Assembly (NCBI GenBank): GCA_016215455.1 | Contig: JACRJP010000004.1 | Location: 155,787 to 219,786 of the forward strand | DNA: 64,000 bases | Direction: 5' to 3' | Source of the DNA: Candidatus Tayloriibacteriota bacterium | Lineage (GTDB): Bacteria > Patescibacteriota > Minisyncoccia > Phycocordibacterales > PALSA-1337 | Shown: positions 9,875 through 19,439 of the stretch, piece by piece | How positions within the stretch are numbered: the stretch's first letter is position 1 | Layout: each line of letters starts with the position of its first letter | Position numbers and translations under genes: made by a program | The notes under the pieces: model-generated | The model's input: only the letters and a program-made list of their open reading frames with translations | Told to the model about the DNA's origin: nothing | Database searches by the model: none

Positions 9875-9959
9875 CGACAGTTACTATACCGACAACAACA
9901 TGAAGGACTGATCAAGAAATACTAAAGAATCAATTAAAAAGATGAACTATCAAGATCCA

Positions 9960-9988
9960 TTGTCAAAATGATATTTCCGTGATAAATT
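9960..9988 (+). promoter_or_regulatory. Putative promoter TTGTCA-17nt-TAAATT upstream of the GC-rich kinase-like gene
   Basis: Hexamers read directly; 47 nt upstream of the ATG at 10036. Confidence 0.3.
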
Positions 9989-10035
9989 CACGGGCAGATT
10001 CGCGCAAAATTCACAACTGAACGGAAGCACGTCAC

Positions 10036-10827
10036 ATGGAAACACCTCCCACTCTGGCATCTCTTTTGGGTCCAATCTCCCATGAAATTTCATTTTGTAT
10101 CGTGGGTGGTCCACCAGCAGGTGGTGGATCTCTTCGAGGTGAATTGGTTGCTGGGGCCTGTCGAGACCTTCATGGAAACTTGTTGATCGGTGTCGACTTC
10201 ATCGACATCAGGCCACACATCATCGAACCTCACGTTCGTGATCAAACACCTCTTGGGCTTGAGTTTCTTGCCCACATGGCCAAACAAAAAAACGGGGGTC
10301 TTCAACCGGATACCCCTATCGCCAAAGGGCTCGCAGGCAAAATCATTGAACATCACGAAAAAGGAGTTCGACAGATTGTCTTGCGTGGATACCCACGTAA
10401 CACATTTCAGGCAGGAGAGTTGATCAGCGTTGGTGCGCCAATCAAGACGGTGTTGTTTCAACGAGATCTTGAAGAGTGCAAACGCAACTTCAACAATCCT
10501 TCTCGTCGTGCGGCAAGTCGGGATGATGACGCTGTGGTTCAACAATTGGTCGGGAGATTCGAAAACACATGGCTCAAGGAGACTCTCCCAGCACTAAGGA
10601 AACTGCGCCGGCACGCTCTTAGTCGAGATGGCTCGACTTATCACGAACGGAAAACTCCACCGACGGGACCTGATCTAGCAGCTGACATTCTGTTTCTGCT
10701 CCAACATGGACTGACAATGAGCACCGAAACACTCATTCAAATAATCGCCAATCTGGCGAATAACGAACATCCTGCTGGTCAAAAATTACGACTCTGCACG
10801 GAAGAAGATCGCCGACGGACACTATAA
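10036..10827 (+). CDS. Adenylate kinase (NMP kinase) family homolog with degenerate P-loop (GC-rich island)
   Basis: The P-loop reads IVGGPPAGGGS in place of GxPGxGKGT, so the Lys is missing. VLRGYPRNTFQAGEL matches the adenylate kinase segment LLDGFPRTxxQAxAL. RDDDAVVQQLVGRFEN resembles the LID / C-terminal region. GC is about 52%. Confidence 0.45.
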   Translation: METPPTLASLLGPISHEISFCIVGGPPAGGGSLRGELVAGACRDLHGNLLIGVDFIDIRPHIIEPHVRDQTPLGLEFLAHMAKQKNGGLQPDTPIAKGLAGKIIEHHEKGVRQIVLRGYPRNTFQAGELISVGAPIKTVLFQRDLEECKRNFNNPSRRAASRDDDAVVQQLVGRFENTWLKETLPALRKLRRHALSRDGSTYHERKTPPTGPDLAADILFLLQHGLTMSTETLIQIIANLANNEHPAGQKLRLCTEEDRRRTL

Positions 10828-10997
10828 CTGCACCCACAAGGTCAGTATTTTTATTTCATTTCCTCGAGTAGTACTCATCACCATATCATTGACTATGATA
10901 ATATTTTATGGTAAAAAATATCTAGAAAGCTAAGGTTATGGTTCTCTACCACTAACCTCCTCACATCAACCAACAAAAAGGTTTCAGCCTCTTTTGT

Positions 10998-11894
10998 ATG
11001 CCTAAGAAAAAATCCAACAAAGAAGAGAAACCGAATTCTCTTTTACTCGTCGCACTATTCCTCCTAATTGGAATCGTGCTCATATGTATACCTTTCATTG
11101 GAAATCTTTTGGGACCAACACCTCCCCGCCCACTAACAGCGTCAGAAATTCACGAAAAAGCTCTAGGCTTGGGATTGATCGGTGCTCCCCCGCACATTGA
11201 AGAACGTCACGTCTCCATCAGCAGTCATTCTCACGCATACGGCAGGAATGGAGACATTCCCGTCCATATCGTATCTCGCACCAATTCGACAGAATCATGG
11301 AAATTGGTAGGAACAGGAACCCTCCTCGGTAAATACACAAACCACGTGCTTACTGCCTACCATGTATTCGAGGATCATGCGGGACAATATGGGTATCGAC
11401 ACATCGGTCCCAACGAGTTTACTGGGAATGAGAAAGTCGTTCCCATCATCTCAGTCAAGGACGATGAAGGAAAAGGAAGCGATGTTGTTATTAGTATATC
11501 TGATCCAACTCGTAGTGAATTTCCGGTATTGACTGTGCCCCGCTCAAATAGCATTCCTAATGGATTTGATGCCGATCAGACCTATATGATCGACACGATT
11601 CAACGGGACATATCGTTCTCCACCTACCCTCATCGAAGCATTAGCACGTTCGTAAAGACAAAAATGACTGAGGCGGGTGCAAATTATGTCTTCATTAACT
11701 GGGTAGCAATGCCAGCTGAGAGTGGAACGTCAGCAATACTTGAAGGTGAGGATTCAAACAGTTATGTAGTCATCATTCGAGGGCAAGCCTTGCCTAAAGA
11801 ATTTTACGACAAACTTTCAGAAGAGGTTCAGCAAACCCTGTCATGGACACCAGAAAAGATGTATGCGGTAGGTAACTTCATTCGCATCGATTAA
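10998..11894 (+). CDS. Membrane-anchored trypsin-like (S1) serine protease-like protein
   Basis: N-terminal TM helix. Candidate catalytic triad context: His in LTAYHV, Asp in GSDVVISI, Ser in AMPAESGTSA (GDSGGP-like). Confidence 0.35.
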   Translation: MPKKKSNKEEKPNSLLLVALFLLIGIVLICIPFIGNLLGPTPPRPLTASEIHEKALGLGLIGAPPHIEERHVSISSHSHAYGRNGDIPVHIVSRTNSTESWKLVGTGTLLGKYTNHVLTAYHVFEDHAGQYGYRHIGPNEFTGNEKVVPIISVKDDEGKGSDVVISISDPTRSEFPVLTVPRSNSIPNGFDADQTYMIDTIQRDISFSTYPHRSISTFVKTKMTEAGANYVFINWVAMPAESGTSAILEGEDSNSYVVIIRGQALPKEFYDKLSEEVQQTLSWTPEKMYAVGNFIRID

Positions 11895-12033
11895 GTGTCC
11901 TCTTGGTTTTTTATTTCACAGTTTCTTAGTTATACGCCGACTATATAAGGATAGTTTGACATTGAGGCCAAAATTTGTTTTAATTGAACAACAAATTTTA
12001 TGGGCTACGGCCCGCTTTTAATTAGGTTTATTT

Positions 12034-13839
12034 ATGGAAATACGCAATATCGCAATCATCGCTCACGTGGACCACGGTAAGACAACTCTTACCGATGCTA
12101 TCATGACACAGTGTGGCCACGGAGATGACGGAACTATGGACTCAAACGCTCTTGAACAAGAGCGTGGTATTACCATTTATGCTAAAAACACTTCAGTTGA
12201 GTACAAAGGAACGAAAATCAACATTGTCGATACACCAGGTCACGCCGACTTCGGTTCTGAAGTAGAACGAGTTCTCCGATCAATCGACACAGTTCTTCTT
12301 GTTGTTGACGCTCAGGAAGGCCCTATGCCCCAAACTCGTTTCGTTCTCAAAAAATCTCTTGAACTTGGACTCAAACCAATTGTTATCATTAACAAGATCG
12401 ACAAACCAGCTGCTCGTCCAGATGCAGTACACGAAATGGTACTTGAGCTCTTCCTTGAACTCGGTGCAAATGAAACTCAAATCGACTTCCCTACTGTCTA
12501 TGCTATCGGCCGACAAGGTATTGCTAAAAACAAACTTACCGATGAATCAAAGGATCTTACTCCTCTTCTCGATGTGATCCTTGCTCACGTTCCAGCGGCA
12601 AACACACCAGAACAAGCCAATCTTCCTCTCAAAGCTCAGGTATTTAACCTTGGTTACGATAATTTCCTTGGTCGTCTTGCAGCATGCCGTGTCTACGATG
12701 GTGTTATTAGAGATGGAGGTGCCGTATTCGTAAAGAAAATTAACGGAACTACAGCAGCAGGAAAAATCACTAAACTCTTCACCTACGAAGGAAAGAAGCG
12801 TGTTGAAGTAAAAGAAGCTTTTGCTGGAGACATTGTCATGGTTGCCGGTCTTCCAGAAATCTTCATCGGAGAAACAATCACTGATAAAACTGAGACTGTA
12901 CCACTTCCTGCTATCAAAATCGATGAACCAACTATTTCCCTCAACTTTCTTGTTAACAACTCTCCTTTTGCAGGACGTGAAGGTAAATTCGTTACTGGAC
13001 GACAAATCCGTGAACGACTTGATAAAGAACTCGAAATCAACGTTGGTCTTAAAGTAGACTATAGTTCAGCAGAATATTTCAAAGTATTTGGACGAGGTGA
13101 ACTCCACATTGCTGTTCTTCTTGAAAATATGCGACGTGAAGGATACGAACTTCAGGTGTCACAACCACAAGCGATTGTAAAAGATATCGATGGAGTAAAA
13201 TCAGAACCATTCGAAGAAGTAACTATCGACATTCCTGAGGAATACTCTGGTGTGATTATCGAAAAGATTAGTAAGCGAAAAGGACAGATGCTCGATATGC
13301 GAACAAAAGATGGACAAGTTCGTATGATTTTCGAAGTACCAACACGAGGTCTTCTTGGATATCGTGGTGCTTTCGTTATCGATACTAAGGGTGTTGGAAT
13401 TCTTGCTGCACGATTTACTGATTTTAAACCATACGCTGGAGAAATTGAAAAACACGAGACAGGTTCAATGGCATCAATGGTTGCAGGAAAAACTCTTGCG
13501 TTCGCCCTCTGGAATCTCCAAGATCGAGGACGACTATATGTTGATCCAGGTGTTGATGTATATGAAGGTATGATTGTTGGTGACGTATCAAAGGGTGAAG
13601 ATATGGATGTAAACCCATGTAAGGGTAAGCAGCTTACCAACATGCGAGCATCTGGTTCTGATGAACACATTATGCTTACTCCAGCATACAAACTCGACAT
13701 TGAGAAAGCTCTCGAGCTTATGCGAGAAGATGAATACCTCGAAATTACTCCTATTTCAGTACGTTTGCGAAAGAAATTCCTCACTGCTACAGATCGTGCA
13801 AAGGCGGGACGAAAAGACGGTGGAAAGCAGTTTGCATAA
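12034..13839 (+). CDS. typA: Translational GTPase TypA/BipA
   Basis: N-terminus NIAIIAHVDHGKTTL with G-domain motifs. 601 aa; EF-G-like domain layout. Confidence 0.95.
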   Translation: MEIRNIAIIAHVDHGKTTLTDAIMTQCGHGDDGTMDSNALEQERGITIYAKNTSVEYKGTKINIVDTPGHADFGSEVERVLRSIDTVLLVVDAQEGPMPQTRFVLKKSLELGLKPIVIINKIDKPAARPDAVHEMVLELFLELGANETQIDFPTVYAIGRQGIAKNKLTDESKDLTPLLDVILAHVPAANTPEQANLPLKAQVFNLGYDNFLGRLAACRVYDGVIRDGGAVFVKKINGTTAAGKITKLFTYEGKKRVEVKEAFAGDIVMVAGLPEIFIGETITDKTETVPLPAIKIDEPTISLNFLVNNSPFAGREGKFVTGRQIRERLDKELEINVGLKVDYSSAEYFKVFGRGELHIAVLLENMRREGYELQVSQPQAIVKDIDGVKSEPFEEVTIDIPEEYSGVIIEKISKRKGQMLDMRTKDGQVRMIFEVPTRGLLGYRGAFVIDTKGVGILAARFTDFKPYAGEIEKHETGSMASMVAGKTLAFALWNLQDRGRLYVDPGVDVYEGMIVGDVSKGEDMDVNPCKGKQLTNMRASGSDEHIMLTPAYKLDIEKALELMREDEYLEITPISVRLRKKFLTATDRAKAGRKDGGKQFA

Positions 13840-13863
13840 AACTCATTCTCTCTTATCACTCCT

Positions 13864-13904
13864 ATATACTATATATTGACATATATAGTATATCAATGTA
13901 GAAT
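13864..13904 (+). promoter_or_regulatory. Perfect 13-nt inverted repeat (ATATACTATATAT-TGAC-ATATATAGTATAT) overlapping a TTGACA-17nt-TAGAAT promoter
   Basis: The palindrome spans 13864-13893, TTGACA sits at 13876-13881 and TAGAAT at 13899-13904. It lies between the typA stop and the GC-rich ORF at 13950. Confidence 0.35.
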
Positions 13905-13949
13905 ATTTTTAGGTTCATCAGCTCCGATTCAAATCAACCCCCTCGTTTC

Positions 13950-14804
13950 TTGATGAAATTTGTTCTGCCACTCATTTCTCTGGCTCCACTTCCCTTATTT
14001 GACCTCGATGGCGTGCTCAGAAAAATCCATGAGGCACACTTCACTGGAATCGAAGTTTTGCTTGGCCCAAAAGTGGACCATGCCAAAATCCGCACTCTGG
14101 CACAAACTCACGGTCTCAGTATCAATTGGCACGAAATCTGGTCTCTCACGGACAATCCGACTCACCACGTCAACTATCTCTTGGCGGCTTTAGGAAGAAT
14201 CCCTTGGAAGACCCATCCCCTCAACAGTCAACTTCCCCTAGCGCTCAGCGAGCCTGTTGTCTGTTATGGACATCGTATAGAAGAAGTTCTAGGATACCGC
14301 GACACTAAGCTCCTGTGGCTCCAAACTTGCAAGGTTATGAGCCGGCACTTGCCCTACAAGGAGTTTGTAAAACTTGTCCAAAGATATCGTCTCCCAATCG
14401 TCTTCGATACCCAACATGTCCTTGAATGGATGTGCGACGCCAATGGAGTTACAGAACTCGGTCGACTTCATTCCTCTGAAGAACTCCAACGTCTCCTTCT
14501 TAAAGCATGGGATGACCTCAGTCCCTACACAGAAGAAATCCATGTGGTTAACTTCAAACCACAAGATGGCCACACTAGGGGACGCAACATTTTCTTAAAC
14601 GAAGGAGGTGTCCTCAAGCTCAGAGAATTCGGTCGTGTGGTCAAAAAGAGTGACTGGAACGGTACAATAACCCCTGAGATCGCTCCTGCACACTTCTCCA
14701 CCTTAAGGATTCCTGGTGTTCCCATCAATCTACTGTGGGAGTCGGAACATCTCGGACATCGACTTCTTGAGTTGCGAGAAATCGTAGGGGGTATATTTTC
14801 CTAA
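13950..14804 (+). CDS. Sugar phosphate isomerase/epimerase-like (xylose isomerase-like TIM barrel) protein (GC-rich island)
   Basis: LPIVFDTQHV and EEIHVVNF resemble the metal-ligand motifs of the AP_endonuc_2 TIM-barrel family. GC is about 50%. Confidence 0.35.
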   Translation: MMKFVLPLISLAPLPLFDLDGVLRKIHEAHFTGIEVLLGPKVDHAKIRTLAQTHGLSINWHEIWSLTDNPTHHVNYLLAALGRIPWKTHPLNSQLPLALSEPVVCYGHRIEEVLGYRDTKLLWLQTCKVMSRHLPYKEFVKLVQRYRLPIVFDTQHVLEWMCDANGVTELGRLHSSEELQRLLLKAWDDLSPYTEEIHVVNFKPQDGHTRGRNIFLNEGGVLKLREFGRVVKKSDWNGTITPEIAPAHFSTLRIPGVPINLLWESEHLGHRLLELREIVGGIFS

Positions 14805-14814
14805 CAACAAGCAA

Positions 14815-14860
14815 CTGGTAGTATTCAATGCTTAAGCAACGAGTTCTACCGGCTTTTTAT
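14815..14860 (+). terminator. Weak hairpin plus T-run between convergent genes
   Basis: CTGGTAG (14815-14821) pairs with CTACCGG (14846-14852) through one G-U, followed by CTTTTTATTT. Confidence 0.25.
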
Positions 14861-14866
14861 TTATAA

Positions 14867-15853
14867 CTACTCTCTCCCTTTCCAACGCATTGCAATATAT
14901 TCCTCGGCTTCACTCATACGAAATGGATTAGTTGCGTTACCTGTACGAACAAAAAATTCTTCTTTACCATCAGTACCAATGAGATATGCAGGTTTTGAAC
15001 TTGGTTCAACATCAATGATACACACCTCTTCTTCTCCTATTTTTTCAAAACGAGTATGTATCAAAGAACGGAATTTGATACCAATCATTGCCTTCACTAA
15101 AGCAGTAAAATGATTTTCGAAACTATCACGGTTTTTCTTTGGTAGTGATTCAAAATCTTCTTGAAGTCCTACGACATTACCATCATCATCAACTCCAATA
15201 ACCAATGTTCCACCATCAGCATTAAGAAAACCAATAATTGTTTTCATGATGGCACGTTCTACTTCTTTACTTACCGCTTTCTTACGAATATCCCAACGAA
15301 GAGTTTGTTTAAATTCGATACGTCCTCCTTCTCCTTGGGCAAGAAGGTCTGCAAGGGGTCGAACACGCTGCGCTGGAGTATTTCGAGTATCCACCATATG
15401 TTTGATCTGACTAACGTATTCACCAAACAATTCGACATTACGAATACGGATCTCCATATCAAAAGCGCATTCGATAATGATAGTTCCATGTCGCATTAAT
15501 CTTTCAATCAAGCTTTGTGAAATACCTACCGTCAATATCTGAGTTGCAAGTACTGATTTCTGATGACGGAGAATGAGCCCAGTCTTCCGAACAATCTCAC
15601 GTTCACGAAGTTCATAGTGTGAAAAATACCAACGAAAGAATATCGTGAGAATCAAACCAATCTGAAGTATCGAGAATATAAGGACAAGAAATATATCATA
15701 TCGAGCGAGATTTACTGGTACATACGTACGGAAAATAGCTTCATAGTTTTCAAAGTATGAAGCTATAAACAAAAAAATACTAACAAGGAGTTCAGCACCA
15801 ATAAGATTACGAACAAGGACAAGCGGCCCTTCTTTGATGATCACCCTTTTCAT
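14867..15853 (-). CDS. Membrane bPH_2 (YdbS/YdbT-like) domain fused to a Schlafen-group AlbA_2 putative DNA-binding domain
   Basis: N-terminal half: two TM helices followed by a bacterial PH-like segment (YELREREIVRKTGLILRHQKSVLATQILTVGISQSLIERLMRHGTIIIE). C-terminal half: EGGRIEFKQTLRWD...IIGFLNADGGTLVIGVDDDGNVVGL matches the AlbA_2 consensus (E-x-K ... GG-x-L-x-IGV-x-D-x-G). Confidence 0.5.
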   Translation of the reverse strand: MKRVIIKEGPLVLVRNLIGAELLVSIFLFIASYFENYEAIFRTYVPVNLARYDIFLVLIFSILQIGLILTIFFRWYFSHYELREREIVRKTGLILRHQKSVLATQILTVGISQSLIERLMRHGTIIIECAFDMEIRIRNVELFGEYVSQIKHMVDTRNTPAQRVRPLADLLAQGEGGRIEFKQTLRWDIRKKAVSKEVERAIMKTIIGFLNADGGTLVIGVDDDGNVVGLQEDFESLPKKNRDSFENHFTALVKAMIGIKFRSLIHTRFEKIGEEEVCIIDVEPSSKPAYLIGTDGKEEFFVRTGNATNPFRMSEAEEYIAMRWKGRE

Positions 15854-15880
15854 AGATACAGCTATAGTAGCATATCCGGG

Positions 15881-16666
15881 TTAGGATTTAAAAGTTATAC
15901 AAGAATCAAGGGTATAGGTACCGACCCTTGTCCGTCGAATACTATATGCAAGAGTTGGTGCCCCCACCCATTTCCCTATTTCTCCTATAAGAGCCCGCAC
16001 ATATGTCCCGCTTTGGCAGGTTATTCGAAATTTCCCAATCTGAAATACCCTATCTACCCCCAACACCCGAGTCCACTGTGTTACTATCTCTTTCTGTCGA
16101 AAATCTCCTTGTACCAAAGAAATGTACTGCGTAATACGCTGTAATAGCTGTGTCGAGGTAACTTCAGAGCTTCCCAAAAATTCTGCTGAACCAACTTCCA
16201 TCTCTCGTGACGGAATATCAATCTCACCAAGTCTATCTTCACGAGCCCACATGAAAAGTGGCTTTCCTGAAACCGGCTGAGATGAATATGCTGGATACTC
16301 AAGAAGATGTTTTCCTACTAAACGTTCGGCGCAGTGTTGATATGACCCCACTGAAATCACTTCATCATATACCCCTGTCTCTTGTGCTAGACCAAGAACA
16401 TCTCCAGTGTCAGTTGCAACTCCGAACAACACTTCAAATTCATACTCCTTATCGAGGGCTGTGTAACGATCTTTTGCCTTACATTCATCTCCTATAAGAA
16501 GCACTAAGACACCTGACGCAAGAGGATCAAGTCTCCCTGCATATGTCATTGGTACCGTTGCAGCAATACGATACTCTCGACGAACCCTCTCAAGAGCTTC
16601 AAGTGGAGTCTCACCCACCTTCTTGTCCATAACAATAACCGATGGGTATGTTTGTTCAGCATTCAT
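15881..16666 (-). CDS. truB: tRNA pseudouridine(55) synthase TruB (no PUA domain)
   Basis: YAGRLDPLASGVLVLLIG corresponds to the catalytic Asp motif GxLDPxAxG. Confidence 0.85.
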   Translation of the reverse strand: MNAEQTYPSVIVMDKKVGETPLEALERVRREYRIAATVPMTYAGRLDPLASGVLVLLIGDECKAKDRYTALDKEYEFEVLFGVATDTGDVLGLAQETGVYDEVISVGSYQHCAERLVGKHLLEYPAYSSQPVSGKPLFMWAREDRLGEIDIPSREMEVGSAEFLGSSEVTSTQLLQRITQYISLVQGDFRQKEIVTQWTRVLGVDRVFQIGKFRITCQSGTYVRALIGEIGKWVGAPTLAYSIRRTRVGTYTLDSCITFKS

Positions 16667-16721
16667 ATTCTCATCATATATGTTTCTTTTATCTTTCGCT
16701 ATATTCTGTTAGAATGACCCC

Positions 16722-18035
16722 ATGAATTCAGACGAGTCAAAACCGATCAAAAAACTATCAACCGACAGTTATAAAGGTGTCCGTGACTTCTATCCAGAAG
16801 ACATGGCCGTACAAAACCACATCTTTGGTATTTGGAAAAATACAGTCGAGAAATATGGTTACCAAGAATATAATGCTTCGGTTCTCGAACCAGCAGATCT
16901 CTATCGGGCAAAATCAGGTGAAGAAATAGTTAATGAACAAACATACACCTTTACCGACCGTGGTGATCGTGAAGTAACACTTCGTCCTGAAATGACTCCG
17001 ACTGTAGCTCGTATGGTAGCAGCACAACGCCGAGAACGACCCTTTCCTCTCCGTTGGTATTCTATACCTAACCTTTTCCGCTATGAACAACCTCAGCGAG
17101 GACGTCTTCGTGAACACTGGCAGCTCAATGTTGATATTTTTGGTGTAACAAGTATCCAAGCAGAAGTTGAATGTATTCAAGTTGCTTATGATATTACTCG
17201 TCAATTTGGTCTCAAAGATACTGACTTTGAAGTCCGTCTTAATAATCGTAAAGTGATGAATTACGTCACTCGTGACGTATTCAAGTTGAATGATGAACAA
17301 GCTCACAAGATATCAAAACTCATTGATCGAAAAAACAAAGTTGAAGCAAAGGTTTTTGCTGACGTTGCACAAGAAATTCTTGGTGATGTAGCCGACAAAT
17401 TCCTCACACTTCTTAATTCTCAGAATTTTGAAGAATTCACTTCTCACCTTCCTCAAACTAAAGAAGAACATGAGGGACTTCGTGAAATCCGTGAAGTTAT
17501 AGCCGCTCTTGAAAAACTTGGTATTACTAATGTACGTTTTGATCAAACCCTCATGCGTGGTTTTGATTACTATACCGGCATTGTCTTTGAGATTTTCGAT
17601 AAGAATCCTACAAATCGTCGTGCGGTACTCGGAGGTGGTCGCTATGATGATCTTCTATCTCTTTTTGGAGGCGACAAAGTACCAGCAGTTGGCTTTGGAT
17701 ATGGCGACGTTGTAGCACGTGATCTTCTTGAAACATACACCTCTCTACCAAAGGACATTCGAGCAGCTGATCTCTATCTCTGTGTCATGAATGCATCACA
17801 CTTTGACTATGCACAGGATCTTGCACAAAAACTCCGCACAAAAAATATTAAAGTATCTGTTGACTATTCTGGTAGAAAAGTTGGAGATCAAATTAAAACA
17901 GCCGACCGACTCAAGATTCCATATATTATCTGCATCGGTGATCAAGAAGTTGCATCAGGAGAATTTAAAATAAAAAACCTTGTAACTGGAGAAGAAAAAT
18001 TATCAACTGAAGATACCCTAACAACTCTCAACTAG
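16722..18035 (+). CDS. hisS: Histidyl-tRNA synthetase
   Basis: Class II motifs LRPEMTPTVARM and GGGRYDDL, plus a C-terminal anticodon-binding domain. Confidence 0.92.
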   Translation: MNSDESKPIKKLSTDSYKGVRDFYPEDMAVQNHIFGIWKNTVEKYGYQEYNASVLEPADLYRAKSGEEIVNEQTYTFTDRGDREVTLRPEMTPTVARMVAAQRRERPFPLRWYSIPNLFRYEQPQRGRLREHWQLNVDIFGVTSIQAEVECIQVAYDITRQFGLKDTDFEVRLNNRKVMNYVTRDVFKLNDEQAHKISKLIDRKNKVEAKVFADVAQEILGDVADKFLTLLNSQNFEEFTSHLPQTKEEHEGLREIREVIAALEKLGITNVRFDQTLMRGFDYYTGIVFEIFDKNPTNRRAVLGGGRYDDLLSLFGGDKVPAVGFGYGDVVARDLLETYTSLPKDIRAADLYLCVMNASHFDYAQDLAQKLRTKNIKVSVDYSGRKVGDQIKTADRLKIPYIICIGDQEVASGEFKIKNLVTGEEKLSTEDTLTTLN

Positions 18036-18039
18036 CAGT

Positions 18040-18621
18040 ATGTCTCTCAGAAAAATCATCTTTGACATCGAAACCCGAAATACATTTCAGGAAGCTGGAT
18101 CAAGTGACCCTAAAGATCTTGATATATCAGTCGTATGTGCCTACGACTCTGGTACTGATACCTATACTAGTTACCTTGTAGAAACCCTTAAAGATTTCTG
18201 GCCACTTATCGAACAGGCAGATATGCTTGTAACATTTAACGGCAACCATTTTGATATTCCCCTTCTTAATAAATATTATTCCGGAGACCTTTCAAAGATA
18301 AAAAGTCTTGATCTTCTCGCTGAGGTGCGAGCTTCTCTCGGTCGTCGTATTAAGCTCGATAGTATTGCAGAAGCGACACTTGGACTTAATAAGATAGCTC
18401 ACGGTCTTGAAGCGATTGCATGGTGGAAAGCTGGTGAAATCGATAAAATCATCAAATACTGTATGGAAGACGTACGTATTACAAAAGAAATATACGAATA
18501 CGCACTTAAGAATAAGCACCTCAAATATCCTGATGGAAGTACCATTAAAGATATCAAACTCGATACACGAAATTGGGAAACAAAGGAAGAGACAACAATG
18601 AACTTTACGTTACCGTTCTAA
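18040..18621 (+). CDS. DEDD-family 3'-5' exonuclease (RNase H-like fold)
   Basis: Exo I FDIETRN, Exo II FNGNHFDIPLL, Exo III region H...YCMEDV. Confidence 0.5.
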   Translation: MSLRKIIFDIETRNTFQEAGSSDPKDLDISVVCAYDSGTDTYTSYLVETLKDFWPLIEQADMLVTFNGNHFDIPLLNKYYSGDLSKIKSLDLLAEVRASLGRRIKLDSIAEATLGLNKIAHGLEAIAWWKAGEIDKIIKYCMEDVRITKEIYEYALKNKHLKYPDGSTIKDIKLDTRNWETKEETTMNFTLPF

Positions 18622-18625
18622 TATC

Positions 18626-19435
18626 TCAAGCAAAGAATACAAGTAGTAGCACCGCAACAACGAGTCGGTACCAGATAAAAGGATAGAGAGAGTGGTGTCT
18701 CAGATATTTTATAAGAAAGTGAATTGCACCAAGACCAACCACAAACGCCACAATCGAACCGATCATAATATCGACTCCACCTGCCCCAACAAACCCACCA
18801 TCTTGAGCAACATCAATTATTTTCTTAAGACCTGATCCTAAGATAATAGGAAATGCTAATAAAAAACTAAAACGTGTAGCTGCTTCACGACCTAAACCAT
18901 AGATCAATCCTCCTGATATTGTTGCCCCCGAACGAGATACACCAGGTAACAGTGCAAGAGCCTGGAAACATCCAATGATCCATCCTTTCTTAAGGGTTAA
19001 CGACTGAACTTCACTATATCGACGAGCAAACCATTCAGCAAACGCCATGAGGATACTACCTAGAATGAGAGTACCGGCAACAAATACAACTGACCGGAAT
19101 TTAGTCTCCATAGCGTTTTCAAGAAGAAGACCTAAGATCACTGCAGGAATTGTTCCGAAAATAATTGCATATAACAGCACCTTATCTTCTCGTATCACTT
19201 CCCTACATGTAACTATTTTACAGAAAGTTACCACTAGTCTCCAAAGATCTTTAGAAAAATATACTCCAACAGCAAGAATAGTAGCGAACTGCACAATAGC
19301 ATCAAAAGCGAGACTGCCCGCAAGACTATCACCGAGTACTTGGTGAGCAATAATCAAATGTCCTGACGACGATACAGGAATAAATTCAGTAAGTCCTTGA
19401 ACAATTCCGAGAATACTACTGTCAAATATATTCAT
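18626..19435 (-). CDS. uppP: Undecaprenyl-diphosphatase UppP/BacA
   Basis: GLTEFIPVSSSGHL motif. Start taken at MNIFDSS (ATG at 19435), which avoids overlap with the upstream ZIP gene. Confidence 0.85.
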   Translation of the reverse strand: MNIFDSSILGIVQGLTEFIPVSSSGHLIIAHQVLGDSLAGSLAFDAIVQFATILAVGVYFSKDLWRLVVTFCKIVTCREVIREDKVLLYAIIFGTIPAVILGLLLENAMETKFRSVVFVAGTLILGSILMAFAEWFARRYSEVQSLTLKKGWIIGCFQALALLPGVSRSGATISGGLIYGLGREAATRFSFLLAFPIILGSGLKKIIDVAQDGGFVGAGGVDIMIGSIVAFVVGLGAIHFLIKYLRHHSLYPFIWYRLVVAVLLLVFFA

Positions 19436-19439
19436 AGTT

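Noticed and set aside
12280-13618. Antisense and alternative-frame ORFs within typA (e.g. 12547-13005, 13152-13859)
   Set aside because: They are embedded in a well-supported, highly conserved GTPase gene with no independent signals.
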